Of a stretch of DNA of 64,000 nt, positions 44,335 through 53,903 are shown one piece after another. The stretch's first letter is position 1. Every line of letters starts with the position of its first letter. The notes beneath the pieces were generated by a model that was given only the letters and a program-made list of their open reading frames with translations, was not told the origin of the DNA and searched no databases. The stretch is from positions 45,630 through 109,629 of the forward strand of contig CANQOC010000005.1 in NCBI GenBank assembly GCA_947625375.1, in the 5' to 3' direction. The translations under genes were made by a program, and so were the position numbers. Source of the DNA: an uncultured Clostridia bacterium (GTDB taxonomy: Bacteria > Bacillota > Clostridia > Oscillospirales > Ruminococcaceae).

Positions 44335-45162
44335 ATGTTAAAAACGCTTTTCCCGAACGGACTGAAAAAGGCGTTCACGCTTAGCTATGACGACGGCTGT
44401 TATGATGATATCAGACTTTTGGGCATGATGTCAAGCCGCGGGATTCGCGGGACGTTCAACATTAGCTCGGGAATAACCCGTCCCGAGGGGCAGGAATTTA
44501 TCGGCGCTTGGGAGAGAATGACGCCGTCGGAGCTTGAAAACTATGACCGCGAGGGAATCGAGGTCGCGGTTCACGGCGTCCGCCACCGCGATTTTACGAA
44601 AATTTCGGAGTCCGAGCTTATCTATGAGATTATGGCGGACAAGAGCGCGATTGAGCGCCGGTTTTCGAGGGTCATACGCGGCGCGGCGTACCCCTATGGC
44701 AGCTTTGACGACCGCTCGGTCGAGGCGCTGAGGCGCTGCGGGATAAAATACTGCCGGACAGTCTGGTCCGACGATTCGTTAAAAATGCCGGCGGACTGGC
44801 TTCGGCTGCGCCCGAGCTGTCACCACAGCGACCCGAAGCTCGGCGAGATGACCGAAAGGCTTTTGGGCGAGGATGAGCCGGAGAGGAGAATGCTCTATGT
44901 CTGGGGGCATACGCCCGAGTTCCGGCGGGACAGCAACTGGGAGCTGATGGAGAGGCTGCTCGACCGCGTCGCGGGGCGGAAAGACGTCTGGTACGCGACG
45001 AACATCGAGATTTGCGAGTATGAGCTTGCGGCGCGTGCGCTCGAATACTCCGCCGACGGCGGGTACGTCTTTAATCCGACGTCGCTCGAAATCTGGCTCG
45101 AGCGCAACGGCGAGCCGATGAGCGTCAAGCCGAACGAGACCGCCGAAGCGTGGAGAGAATAA
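44335..45162 (+). CDS. Polysaccharide deacetylase-family protein
   Basis: NodB-like FTLSYDDG motif and HGVRH. The ATG at 44335 follows SD agaggag. Confidence 0.8.
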   Translation: MLKTLFPNGLKKAFTLSYDDGCYDDIRLLGMMSSRGIRGTFNISSGITRPEGQEFIGAWERMTPSELENYDREGIEVAVHGVRHRDFTKISESELIYEIMADKSAIERRFSRVIRGAAYPYGSFDDRSVEALRRCGIKYCRTVWSDDSLKMPADWLRLRPSCHHSDPKLGEMTERLLGEDEPERRMLYVWGHTPEFRRDSNWELMERLLDRVAGRKDVWYATNIEICEYELAARALEYSADGGYVFNPTSLEIWLERNGEPMSVKPNETAEAWRE

Positions 45163-45164
45163 AA

Positions 45165-45690
45165 ACTAAAAGTTTTCGCTCAAGCCTTTTTCAAAAGGCT
45201 TGCTGTGCAAGCCGGTTTTGTTCCTGCTCGACCGCCCTCGCGATACCGAACCGTTTCGGTTGTCTTGCAGACAAAACCGGCGTGCACCGGTCCAGAGGCG
45301 AGTAGCCTCTGGTCGCGCTCCGCAGAGCGCGAAATCCCCTACGAAGTGCGCTCCGCAAGGGGTGAATTGCAAAAAACTATCCTGTGGATAGTCGATTACG
45401 ACAAAATGAGGGCAAAGGCGAAGCCTTTGCTTAGGCGTCGCTGACGAAAGTACGACACTGTAGTCATTTGGGCGACGCCTTGAGGCCACTGCAAGAGAGG
45501 GCCTCCCCTTATGATTCCGCCGTGCGACAGCGCGGCGGCACCTCGTAGTCACTCGTGCGACGCCTTGGGACCCCTCGCCGGGGGTCCCCTGCTTGCCGAA
45601 CGATGAGTGAGGCAAGTGAAAAGTCCGGCGATGTGCAAGCCTTCCCCGTCATGCGACAGCATGACGGCACCATCGTCCCCACACAAAAAA
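45165..45690. repeat. Mosaic intergenic block of hairpin modules
   Basis: aaaaactaaaagttttcg plus palindrome 45181-45202, ccagaggcgagtagcctctgg, tgcgctccgcaaggggtgaattgc, ccgtcatgcgacagcatgacgg. Colinear with the 20.8 kb and 24.3 kb blocks. Confidence 0.9.
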
Positions 45691-45731
45691 CCGAGGAGCA
45701 AATGCCCCTCGGCTCTTTATTTATTCTGCTG

Positions 45732-46427
45732 TCATACGCCGTACTTGGCGGTGTTGCACTTGATTCCGACGCCCATGGTCGAAGAGATGACGATGGACTT
45801 GAGATACTGGCCCTTTGCGGCGGCAGGCTTTGCCTTTACGACCGCCTCGACAAGCGTCTCATAGTTCTCGGCGAGCTTTTCCTTGCCGAACGAAGCCTTT
45901 CCGATGGGGCAGTGAATGATGTTGGTCTTGTCGAGCCTGTATTCAATCTTACCGGCCTTGGCCTCGGTGACCGCCTTGGCGACGTCGGCGGCGACGGTGC
46001 CCGCCTTCGGGTTCGGCATCAGTCCGCGGGGACCGAGGACCTTACCGAGACGTCCGACAACGCCCATCATATCGGGCGAGGCGATTACAACGTCGAAGTC
46101 CATCCAGTTTTCCTTCATAATTTTGTCGACATATTCCATTCCGCCGACATAGTCCGCGCCGGCTTCCTTTGCGGCGTCATACTTATCTTCCTTGCAGAAT
46201 ACAAGGGTGCGGACGGTCTTGCCGGTGCCGTTCGGAAGGACGACGGCGCCGCGGACCTGCTGGTCTGCGTGACGCGAGTCGACGCCGAGGCGGATATGAA
46301 CCTCAATCGTCTCGTCAAACTTTGCCTTCGCGTTGGAAGCGGCGAGCTCGCAGGCTTCGAGGGAATCGTAGAATTTTGTTTTGTCGACAGTCTTTAAGCT
46401 GTCAGTATATTTCTTACCGTGTTTCAT
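45732..46427 (-). CDS. rplA: 50S ribosomal protein L1
   Basis: 231 aa, [20 protein letters not shown]... with conserved L1 core. Confidence 0.97.
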   Translation of the reverse strand: MKHGKKYTDSLKTVDKTKFYDSLEACELAASNAKAKFDETIEVHIRLGVDSRHADQQVRGAVVLPNGTGKTVRTLVFCKEDKYDAAKEAGADYVGGMEYVDKIMKENWMDFDVVIASPDMMGVVGRLGKVLGPRGLMPNPKAGTVAADVAKAVTEAKAGKIEYRLDKTNIIHCPIGKASFGKEKLAENYETLVEAVVKAKPAAAKGQYLKSIVISSTMGVGIKCNTAKYGV

Positions 46428-46507
46428 TATAGATAATCTCCTTTATAATCGTTGTGGTAAGCGGATAAGGAAAATCCTCCCACTGATACAGACAGGGCCA
46501 AAGCCGC

Positions 46508-46933
46508 TTATTCGGCGACGGTGACGCCCATCGAACGGGCAGTGCCCGCAATCATCGACATTGCGGCTTCGACGGAACCGGCGTTGAGGTCGGGAAGCTT
46601 TTGCTCAGCAATCGCCCTAAGCTGGTCCTTGGTGATGGTCGCAACCTTCTGTTTGTTCGGGACGCCCGAACCCGACTCGATGCCGCATGCCTTCTTGATG
46701 AGGACGGCAGCCGGCGGAGTTTTGGTGATAAAGGTGAACGAACGGTCCGCGTATACGGTGATGACAACGGGGATTATCAAACCGATGTCGTTTTTGGTTC
46801 TTTCGTTGAAGTCCTTGGTGAACGCCACGATGTTTACGCCGTGCTGACCGAGCGCGGGTCCGACCGGCGGCGCGGGGGTGGCTTTGCCCGCGGGAATCTG
46901 TAACTTAATGATGCCTGTTACTTTCTGTGCCAT
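46508..46933 (-). CDS. rplK: 50S ribosomal protein L11
   Basis: [35 protein letters not shown]. The ATG at 46933 follows SD ggagg (the ORF track extends to 46993). Confidence 0.97.
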   Translation of the reverse strand: MAQKVTGIIKLQIPAGKATPAPPVGPALGQHGVNIVAFTKDFNERTKNDIGLIIPVVITVYADRSFTFITKTPPAAVLIKKACGIESGSGVPNKQKVATITKDQLRAIAEQKLPDLNAGSVEAAMSMIAGTARSMGVTVAE

Positions 46934-47023
46934 AATAATCTTCCTCCAAAATTTGTGGTAAAGGCGGGCCGTTAAAAATTTCGGCTCTCCCACTCAGGCT
47001 TGCGGAAAATACCCGCAAGCCGC

Positions 47024-47566
47024 TTATTCTTCGGCTCTCGCGACCTGTGATACCGGCAGGGTTGCCGGGGTTTCGCGGCCGAACATTGATACAACGATGT
47101 CGACGGTCTGTTCCTCAAGATTGATTGACCGAACGGTTCCGACCCAGCCGTCGAACGGTCCGCCGAGAACGGTGACCTCGTCGCCGACCTTGTAGTTGAC
47201 GCTGGTCTGTACCTTTCTGACGTCGACTCCGAGCGCCGCGACCTCTTTATCGGTGAGCGGCACGGGCTTTGAGCCGGGTCCGACAAATCCGGTGACTCCG
47301 CGGGTGTTGCGGACGATATACCACGACTCGTCGGTCATGACCATCTTTACGAGAACATAGCTCGGGAAGAGCTTTGATTCCGCCTCTTTCTTGTTGCCGT
47401 TTGCGTCGGTCTGTTCAACAATCTCGACCGGCACCCTGACCTGTTGAATGGTGTCCTGAAGCTTTCGGTTTTCAACGACCTTTTCGATATTCTGGGCGAC
47501 CTTGTTTTCATAGCCCGAATATGTGTGGACGACGTACCACTTTGCGGTAAGCTCTGTATCCATCAT
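47024..47566 (-). CDS. nusG: Transcription termination/antitermination factor NusG
   Basis: NGN domain WYVVHTYSGYENKV and KOW motif GDEVTVLGGPFDGWVGTV. The ATG at 47566 is preferred over the TTG at 47572. Confidence 0.95.
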   Translation of the reverse strand: MMDTELTAKWYVVHTYSGYENKVAQNIEKVVENRKLQDTIQQVRVPVEIVEQTDANGNKKEAESKLFPSYVLVKMVMTDESWYIVRNTRGVTGFVGPGSKPVPLTDKEVAALGVDVRKVQTSVNYKVGDEVTVLGGPFDGWVGTVRSINLEEQTVDIVVSMFGRETPATLPVSQVARAEE

Positions 47567-47605
47567 AATCAATTCCTTTCGCTATCGGGCCGGACTTAAA
47601 CCGAA

Positions 47606-47833
47606 TCAGGCTCCTATCACAAGTCTCATCAGAAGCGCGAATACCGAGTCGACGGCAAAGAGCGCCGCGCCGCTGATAATGCAGACGACAAGAACAACGG
47701 CTGTGTTGTTCAGCACCTGTTTCTTACTGGGCCATACAACCTTTTTTACTTCGGCGACCGAGTCGCGGAAGAACTTTACGATTGCTTTCCAAATCCGAAC
47801 AAAGATGTTGGGGCCCTTCTTTTCGCTTGCCAT
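47606..47833 (-). CDS. secE: Preprotein translocase subunit SecE
   Basis: 75 aa with a single C-terminal TM and EVKKVVWPSKKQV motif. Lies between rpmG and nusG. Confidence 0.9.
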   Translation of the reverse strand: MASEKKGPNIFVRIWKAIVKFFRDSVAEVKKVVWPSKKQVLNNTAVVLVVCIISGAALFAVDSVFALLMRLVIGA

Positions 47834-47847
47834 TCCTGCTCCCCCTT

Positions 47848-47997
47848 TTACTTTGTCTCTCTGTGGAGAGTGTGCTTGCGGCAGAACTTGCAGTATTTGT
47901 TCATTTCAAGCCTGTCCGGATCGTTTTTCTTGTTCTTTTTTGAACAATAGTTTCTTTGCTTGCACTCTGTGCACGCCAGTGTAATCTTTACCCTCAT
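47848..47997 (-). CDS. rpmG: 50S ribosomal protein L33
   Basis: 49-aa ORF absent from the track: [49 protein letters not shown]. Confidence 0.9.
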   Translation of the reverse strand: MRVKITLACTECKQRNYCSKKNKKNDPDRLEMNKYCKFCRKHTLHRETK

Positions 47998-48274
47998 TTT
48001 CGGCACCTCCTAAAGTATTTGCCCGCACGGGTGATGCGGACTTTGTTATTGCCTCCCTCCCTGACTCGGCGGAAAAGTCACCGCCGGTCTGCGGGCGCAC
48101 TAAAAAAGACCCCGCAAAGAGGTAAAGCTATTTTATCACGCCTCCTCCCGCTTGTCAAGCGTTTGGAGTAAAAATTTTTTAGATGATTAGATGATTAGAA
48201 GATAGAAGATGGTAATCTTGACGGTTGCGGGATGATATGATAAAATGATGAAAAAACAGAGAGAGGGTCGCGGA

Positions 48275-49069
48275 ATGAAGAAAAAACGGATTATTTGCGC
48301 GTGCGCGGCGGTGACGGCGGCGGTCGCGTATCTCACCTTTGAAAATACTGCCATCGGCGTGACGAGATACCGCTTCGACTCGGAAAAGGCGCCCGAGAGC
48401 GGTCTTCGGATATGTCTTCTTTCGGACATTCACGTCAAGGAGCACGGCGGGAATCACGGACGGCTTATCCGCCTTACCGCCGCACAGAAGCCGGACGTCA
48501 TCGCGATATCCGGCGACCTCGTCGACTCGCGCGACACCGACACCGACGCCGCAATCGCGCTCGCCGAAACGCTTTGCTCGATAGCGCCGGTATATTATGT
48601 CACCGGGAATCACGAGGAGCGCCTTCCGGTGGAGATGTACCTCCGGCTTTTGGACAGCCTTTCGGCGGCCGGGGTCCATGTCCTCGACGGCGAATCGGCG
48701 CTCATCGCGAAAAACGTCTTTATCTCGGGAATTCACGACTCGCCGTCCTTCGACGCGAAGTCCGCGGCGGCGCTCGTCCGCCCCGGCGCTTATAACATCA
48801 TTATAAATCACCGCCCGCAATTCGCGCCCGACTTTTCGTCGGCGGGGTTCGACCTCGCCCTCTGTGGGCACGCTCACGGCGGACAGGTGCGAATCCCCTT
48901 TATCGGCGGACTTATCGCGCCGGACCAGATGCTCTTTCCGAAGCTTTCCGAGGGCGTCCACCGCTACGGAGCCGGCGCAACCGTCATCAGCCGCGGAATC
49001 GGGAACAGCCTTATCCCGTTCAGAATCAACAACCGCCCCGAGATAGTCGTTATCGACATTAACGGTTGA
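48275..49069 (+). CDS. Metallophosphoesterase (calcineurin-like), membrane-anchored
   Basis: Motifs LSDIHV, GDLVD, GNHE and GHAHGG, with an N-terminal hydrophobic anchor. The ATG at 48275 has an SD. Confidence 0.85.
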   Translation: MKKKRIICACAAVTAAVAYLTFENTAIGVTRYRFDSEKAPESGLRICLLSDIHVKEHGGNHGRLIRLTAAQKPDVIAISGDLVDSRDTDTDAAIALAETLCSIAPVYYVTGNHEERLPVEMYLRLLDSLSAAGVHVLDGESALIAKNVFISGIHDSPSFDAKSAAALVRPGAYNIIINHRPQFAPDFSSAGFDLALCGHAHGGQVRIPFIGGLIAPDQMLFPKLSEGVHRYGAGATVISRGIGNSLIPFRINNRPEIVVIDING

Positions 49070-49221
49070 TTTTTTATCATCAAAGACCCCCGAATTTTTT
49101 GATATAATATACAAAACAAGCCGAAGATTATTGTAATAACTGTTAGTTGAAATGAGGTTGTTTCGGTGATATAATATATATGTTACATTCCGCCCGTCAG
49201 GCGGATGAATGGAGGTAAACT

Positions 49222-50721
49222 ATGTTGAAAAAAATCATATCGCTGCTCCTTGCGGTACTTATGATTGTCGCGCTTGTCGGCTGTGGAAAATCCGGGAGAG
49301 AGATTATTAAGCTCACCCTTTCCACCGAAGACTCCGCCGCAATCCTTGCCGCCGCGGGCATCAGACTCCCCGCGCCCGAAGAGGCCGCCGGAGCCGGCAC
49401 CACCGTCAAGTGGTTCAGCCACGACGACTGGTTCCACAACTATGACGAAGGCGAAGTCGTAAACACCGGATTCTTCACCTTCACCGAAATGTACGGCTGT
49501 GAGCTCGAATGGGTACAGACCGTTTGGGGACAGAGATTCGACGACCTTGCGAATCAGATTCTCGGCGGAACCCCCCCGGATTTCACCTCGGCCGAGACCT
49601 CGCTCTTCCCGATGAAGGTTATGAAGGGCATCATTCAGCCTGTTGAGGACTACATAGACTACGATTCTCCGCTCTTTGCCGAGATGAAGCCCTATGTCGA
49701 CACCTATTTCACCCTCAACGGACACCAGTATTACATGCTCACCGATATGGGATTCGGCTGTGTCTTCCCGTATAACAGAAGAGTCATCAACGACTTCGGC
49801 TATGACGACCCCGCCGACCTCTTCTATAACGACCAGTGGACCTGGGACGAATTCTCCGAAATGTGCCTCGACTTTACCGACCCCGACGCCGACAGATACG
49901 CGCTCGACGGCTGGTACTTCTCGAGAGCGATTATGCAGTCCACCGGCGTATCCGTTGTCGGATATAACGCCGATACCGGACGCTTCTTCTCGAACCTCGA
50001 CGATCCGAGACTCGAAAGAGCCGCGGACGCCCTCTATGAGCTTCAGAAGAACGAGACCTGCTATCCTTGGTGGAACGGTTGGGTCACAAGAAACGGCGGC
50101 GTCGAGGGCGGCGGCGTAAAGGACGGCCTCTGCCTGTTCTGGCCTGTCGGCTCTTGGGGATTCACCGGTCCTGTTGAGACGATTGCCGCCAACTGGGGCG
50201 ACGTAACCCAGAACGAGCTTATGTTCGTTCCTTCCCCGAGAGACCCGAACGGCGACGGCAACTATTACCTCGACTGTGAGCCGAACGGATACGTCCTCAT
50301 CAATCAGGCCGAGAACCCCGAGGGCGTTGCGCTTCTTGCGATGTGCGACCGCTTCAAGATTGTCGACCCGACCGTCGTGAACATCGACGAGTATCAGCTT
50401 AAGAACACCTATAAGTGGACCGACGAGATGCTCGACATGTATCACACCTGCTACGAGATGGCCAACTCGGGCGTCGGAAATATCCTCCTCACCTACGGCG
50501 TTGACGCCGACGCGGGATACGGCTCCGACATCGGCGGAATGCTCCGCAACTTCAACGACGACATCGGTCACCCGACCTCTGCCGGCGGTGCCGCGACTTG
50601 GGCACAGGCAAAGGCTTCGTATCAGGATACGCTTGAATACAACATCGACGAGCTCAACAAGAGACTCGACGAGTTTGAAGCAAGCGGCGGTGTCGCAGAG
50701 CCTTCTGCGGGCAACAGCTGA
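49222..50721 (+). CDS. Lipoprotein, extracellular solute-binding-protein-like (orphan)
   Basis: Signal peptide with lipobox LVGCG. About 470-aa SBP-like body, paralogous to 50922..52379. No permease or ATPase genes are adjacent. Confidence 0.75.
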   Translation: MLKKIISLLLAVLMIVALVGCGKSGREIIKLTLSTEDSAAILAAAGIRLPAPEEAAGAGTTVKWFSHDDWFHNYDEGEVVNTGFFTFTEMYGCELEWVQTVWGQRFDDLANQILGGTPPDFTSAETSLFPMKVMKGIIQPVEDYIDYDSPLFAEMKPYVDTYFTLNGHQYYMLTDMGFGCVFPYNRRVINDFGYDDPADLFYNDQWTWDEFSEMCLDFTDPDADRYALDGWYFSRAIMQSTGVSVVGYNADTGRFFSNLDDPRLERAADALYELQKNETCYPWWNGWVTRNGGVEGGGVKDGLCLFWPVGSWGFTGPVETIAANWGDVTQNELMFVPSPRDPNGDGNYYLDCEPNGYVLINQAENPEGVALLAMCDRFKIVDPTVVNIDEYQLKNTYKWTDEMLDMYHTCYEMANSGVGNILLTYGVDADAGYGSDIGGMLRNFNDDIGHPTSAGGAATWAQAKASYQDTLEYNIDELNKRLDEFEASGGVAEPSAGNS

Positions 50722-50921
50722 TAAATATCAACCTCAAGAGGGGCATTTCGCCCCTCTTTGTTATATCTCTCCGCGAAATTCCTTAAAGCAAGGTATTGTA
50801 TAACATGATAATAAATATAAGCAGTTTTTGTGTTTAATGCCTATTGCCAATATGCCGCGGGGTATGATAAAATTAAGAGACGGCTTTTACCGTAAAAACA
50901 TTATATTTAGGAGGACTGAAA

Positions 50922-52379
50922 ATGATAAAAAGGGTTCTGGCTCTCGGTCTTGCCCTTTTGGTGATTATCGCGCTGATGGGCTGCGGCGCCAATAAGAGAC
51001 AGATTATTGAGCTTACACTTTCGACCGAAGACGCAGAGGCGATTCTCGCCGCGGCGGGAATTCGGCTTCCCGACCCCGCGACCGCTCCGGGCGCGAATTC
51101 GACAATCGTCTGGTACAGCTGGTACGACGACTTCCACGCTTACAGCGAGGGCGAGGTTGTCAACACCGGTTACTTTACCTTCAAAAACTTCTACGGCTGC
51201 GAAATCGACTGGGTTGAGTGCACTTGGGACGAAAGGTTCACAAGAGTTGCGGCGCTCGTCCTCGGAGGCACCCCCCCGGACTTCTATAACGGCGAAACCG
51301 AAAACTTCCCTTATTACGCTATTCACAACGTATTCCAGCCGATTAACGACTATATCGACCTTGACGACCCGCTCTGGGACGGCATTTCGGACTATATGCG
51401 TAAATATTTCTCGCTCGGCGACGACGTATATCTCCTTTGCACCGACCTGTTCTTCGGAAGCGTTATGGCTTATAACCGAAGAGTCATCGAGGACTACGGC
51501 TTCGACGACCCCGCCGAGCTCTTCTATGACGGCGAGTGGACTTGGGACGCATTCGAGGAAATGGCGATGGACTTCTCGGACGAGGAGCTTGACCAATACG
51601 CTCTCGACGGCTGGTTCTATGCCGGCGCATTCCAGCGCGCAAGCGGCGCCCCGATAGTTACATATGACCTTGAGACCGAAAAGTTCGTCTCGAATATGGA
51701 CGACCCGAGACTCGAGCGCGCAAACGACTTTCTCTATAACCTCAACAAGAACGGCTGTATCTTCCCGTGGTTCAACAACGGGTATCAGGTCAGGAATCAG
51801 GGCGCTTCCTCTGCCGCCGACTACGGCGACGGCCTTAAGGAAGGACAGCTTCTCTTCAGCACCGGCGGTCCTTACTTCTTCACCGGACCCGTCGACGAAA
51901 TCTCGATGGAATATGCCGACGTAACCGCGGGCGAGCTTATGTTCGTCCCGATTCCGAGAGACCCGCAGGGCGACGGCATAAACTATGTCGAATCCGACCC
52001 GGCAGGCTACAGCATCATTCAGGACGCTCCCAACCCCGAGGGCGTTGCGCTCCTTGCGATGTGCGACCGCTTCAAGGTCATCGACCCGACCGTCATCAGC
52101 ATCGACAAGCTCCAGAAGATTGAAAAATACCTCTGGACCGACGAGATGCTCGAGATGTATGACTACTGCGTCGAGATGGCAAACAACTCCGACTCGGTTA
52201 TCCTCGCCTATGACGCGGCGGGATTCGGCGGAAACCTCTACTCGACCATCGACACCATCGAAAAGAACGGCATGCAGCTCAACACCAGCACTTGGGCACA
52301 GATTAAGGAAGCCAACAGCGATATGCTCCAGTATTATCTCGACGACATCAACGCCGAGATTGAAGGACTTTTAAGCTGA
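50922..52379 (+). CDS. Lipoprotein, extracellular solute-binding-protein-like (orphan paralog)
   Basis: Lipobox LMGCG. Shares LTLSTED..AILAAAGIRLP, GGTPPDF and ENPEGVALLAMCDRFK with the upstream paralog. Confidence 0.75.
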   Translation: MIKRVLALGLALLVIIALMGCGANKRQIIELTLSTEDAEAILAAAGIRLPDPATAPGANSTIVWYSWYDDFHAYSEGEVVNTGYFTFKNFYGCEIDWVECTWDERFTRVAALVLGGTPPDFYNGETENFPYYAIHNVFQPINDYIDLDDPLWDGISDYMRKYFSLGDDVYLLCTDLFFGSVMAYNRRVIEDYGFDDPAELFYDGEWTWDAFEEMAMDFSDEELDQYALDGWFYAGAFQRASGAPIVTYDLETEKFVSNMDDPRLERANDFLYNLNKNGCIFPWFNNGYQVRNQGASSAADYGDGLKEGQLLFSTGGPYFFTGPVDEISMEYADVTAGELMFVPIPRDPQGDGINYVESDPAGYSIIQDAPNPEGVALLAMCDRFKVIDPTVISIDKLQKIEKYLWTDEMLEMYDYCVEMANNSDSVILAYDAAGFGGNLYSTIDTIEKNGMQLNTSTWAQIKEANSDMLQYYLDDINAEIEGLLS

Positions 52380-52398
52380 TACGGCTCTGTTGAAAAAT

Positions 52399-52430
52399 AA
52401 AGCGGTGTACTTCGGTGCACCGCTTTTTTT
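52399..52430 (+). terminator. Terminator after the second SBP-like gene
   Basis: Stem agcggtgtac, loop ttcg, stem gtgcaccgct, followed by ttttttt. Confidence 0.8.
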
Positions 52431-52449
52431 ATATATTTTCACGCCGAAT

Positions 52450-52513
52450 TTGACGCAGATGACACCTTTTTCCCGCAAACGACAAGGCACAGAGGGAAAA
52501 GATGTGATATAAT
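52450..52513 (+). promoter_or_regulatory. Array B promoter: degenerate copies of the array A direct repeat plus an extended -10
   Basis: TTGACGCAGATGACAC (12/16 match to GTGACGTAAACGACAC), about 20 bp on TTCCCGCAAACGACAA (11/16), then 22 nt to TGaTATAAT (52505-52513). Confidence 0.6.
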
Positions 52514-52557
52514 CATAATGTAAAGTAATTTTTTATCCACCGAAAGGAGCTATTATC

Positions 52558-52989
52558 ATGAACGAAATCATTAAAAAAGCAAGAGCGGCAAAGTCGGCCG
52601 GAGAGCTCATCGAGCTTGCGAAAGCCAACGGCAAGGACCTCACCAAAGAACAGGCCGAGATGTTCTTCAAAAGCCTCAGCCAAGGCGGCGAGATATCCGA
52701 CGAGGAGCTTTCGAGCGCGGTCGGCGGGTGCGGCGGTTCGGAAATATCCTGGGAGAAGAGCCTCGGCTTCTCGAGAATCGATTGCCGAAAGGGCGACTTC
52801 GTCGGGGGACACACCTTTGCGGCGAAGACGTATTGGAAGTGCGCCATCTGCGGGGGACACATCTACTGCGACGGTCCTTTGACCGCATACACCAACTGCA
52901 CCCACCTCAAGCAGCATAAGGTCCTCGGCTGTAACAACTGCTTTTTCAACGAGAACGGAAAATGCAACTACTATGACGACAGCCTTTGA
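52558..52989 (+). CDS. Array B member B1: Nif11-type-leader precursor, 86-aa 9-Cys core
   Basis: Leader MNEIIKKARAAKSAGELIELAKANG...GEISDEELSSAVGG. The core starts CGGSE, contains WKCAIC and ends GCNNCFFNENGKCNYYDDSL. Confidence 0.8.
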   Translation: MNEIIKKARAAKSAGELIELAKANGKDLTKEQAEMFFKSLSQGGEISDEELSSAVGGCGGSEISWEKSLGFSRIDCRKGDFVGGHTFAAKTYWKCAICGGHIYCDGPLTAYTNCTHLKQHKVLGCNNCFFNENGKCNYYDDSL

Positions 52990-53019
52990 TTAAGGGCAGG
53001 GTTCTGAGGAGGTATTATC

Positions 53020-53445
53020 ATGAACGAGGAAATTTTAGCAAAGGCAAAGGCGGCAGGTTCGCCGGAGGAGCTTTTAAAGCTTGCTCACGAAAACGGCATG
53101 TCCTACTTTACCGAGGAGAACGCGAACGCTTATTTCAACGTCCTGCACCAGAGCGGCGAGATTACGGACGAAGAGCTTGAAAAAGCGGCGGGAGGCTGCA
53201 AGAGCAACAAGAGGCGTGTCGTTACGCTCGGATACATCTGCCCCGTAAACTACGGAGGCTGGAAGTGCAAGGACTGCCTTGCGCCGAACAACGTCTGCAA
53301 GTGCTGGCTACAGCCGCCGGAGCTTTCGCGCAAGTTCCACGCGTCAATCTTCGCGTGGTGCGCCGATACATGCAGCACCTGCGCGTGGTGTTCATATGAA
53401 AGCGGCATATGGTACTGCAACAACCCCGAAGCAAACGAACTGTAA
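53020..53445 (+). CDS. Array B member B2: Nif11-type-leader precursor, 82-aa 11-Cys core
   Basis: Leader ...AAGSPEELLKLAHENG...SGEITDEELEKAAGG. The core starts CKSNK, contains WKCKDC and CSTCAWCSYESGIWYCNNP. Confidence 0.8.
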   Translation: MNEEILAKAKAAGSPEELLKLAHENGMSYFTEENANAYFNVLHQSGEITDEELEKAAGGCKSNKRRVVTLGYICPVNYGGWKCKDCLAPNNVCKCWLQPPELSRKFHASIFAWCADTCSTCAWCSYESGIWYCNNPEANEL

Positions 53446-53465
53446 TCCCGAAGGGAGAATTTAAC

Positions 53466-53891
53466 ATGTTTAACGAAGAAATGATTAAAAAAATCCGCGG
53501 ACTCGGCTCGCCCGAGGAGCTTATTGAGTTCGGAAAGGAAAACGGCGTCGCAATCAGCAAGGAGACGGCGGAGAAGTATTTTAACTCGCTTCACGGCAGC
53601 GGCGAAATCTCGGACGAGGAGCTTGAGAACACCGCCGGCGGCTGCGGCGGAGGCTATTCGCCGTCGATATATAAGCAATGCCCCGAATGCGGGACAAATA
53701 TCGCGATGAAGGACTTCCGCGACGTCAAGGTTATCGTCAGCGACGAGGTTCTCCACCAGTGGGGATATCCGACCGGCGTATGCCCGAAATGCAACGTCCG
53801 CTATGCTTATGTCCGCGCGCTGAATATGCTCTATCCCGTATCGGTTGACGAAAAGGGCACTTGGGTCATAAGACCGCCGCACAGATATTAA
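53466..53891 (+). CDS. Array B member B3: Nif11-type-leader precursor, 82-aa core with two CxxC pairs
   Basis: The ATG at 53466 follows SD aagggaga. Leader ...SGEISDEELENTAGG. Core CGGGYSPSIYKQCPEC...GVCPKC. Confidence 0.8.
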   Translation: MFNEEMIKKIRGLGSPEELIEFGKENGVAISKETAEKYFNSLHGSGEISDEELENTAGGCGGGYSPSIYKQCPECGTNIAMKDFRDVKVIVSDEVLHQWGYPTGVCPKCNVRYAYVRALNMLYPVSVDEKGTWVIRPPHRY

Positions 53892-53903
53892 AGGAGCTTT
53901 ATC

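Noticed and set aside
45555-46397. 280-aa plus-strand ORF
   Set aside because: It starts in the mosaic repeat block and runs antisense through rplA.
48179-49114. 311-aa minus-strand ORF
   Set aside because: It is antisense to the metallophosphoesterase gene, which carries all the canonical metal-binding motifs.
49183-50571. 462-aa minus-strand ORF (and 50907..51596, 229 aa)
   Set aside because: They are antisense to the two lipoprotein genes, which have signal peptides, SDs and mutual paralogy.
53194-53200. Reading the conserved A-G-G-C junction of the array B proteins as a lipoprotein lipobox
   Set aside because: It is preceded by a ~55-aa acidic helical leader rather than a hydrophobic signal peptide, and position -3 is Ala/Val/Thr rather than Leu. 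It fits a double-glycine cleavage site much better.
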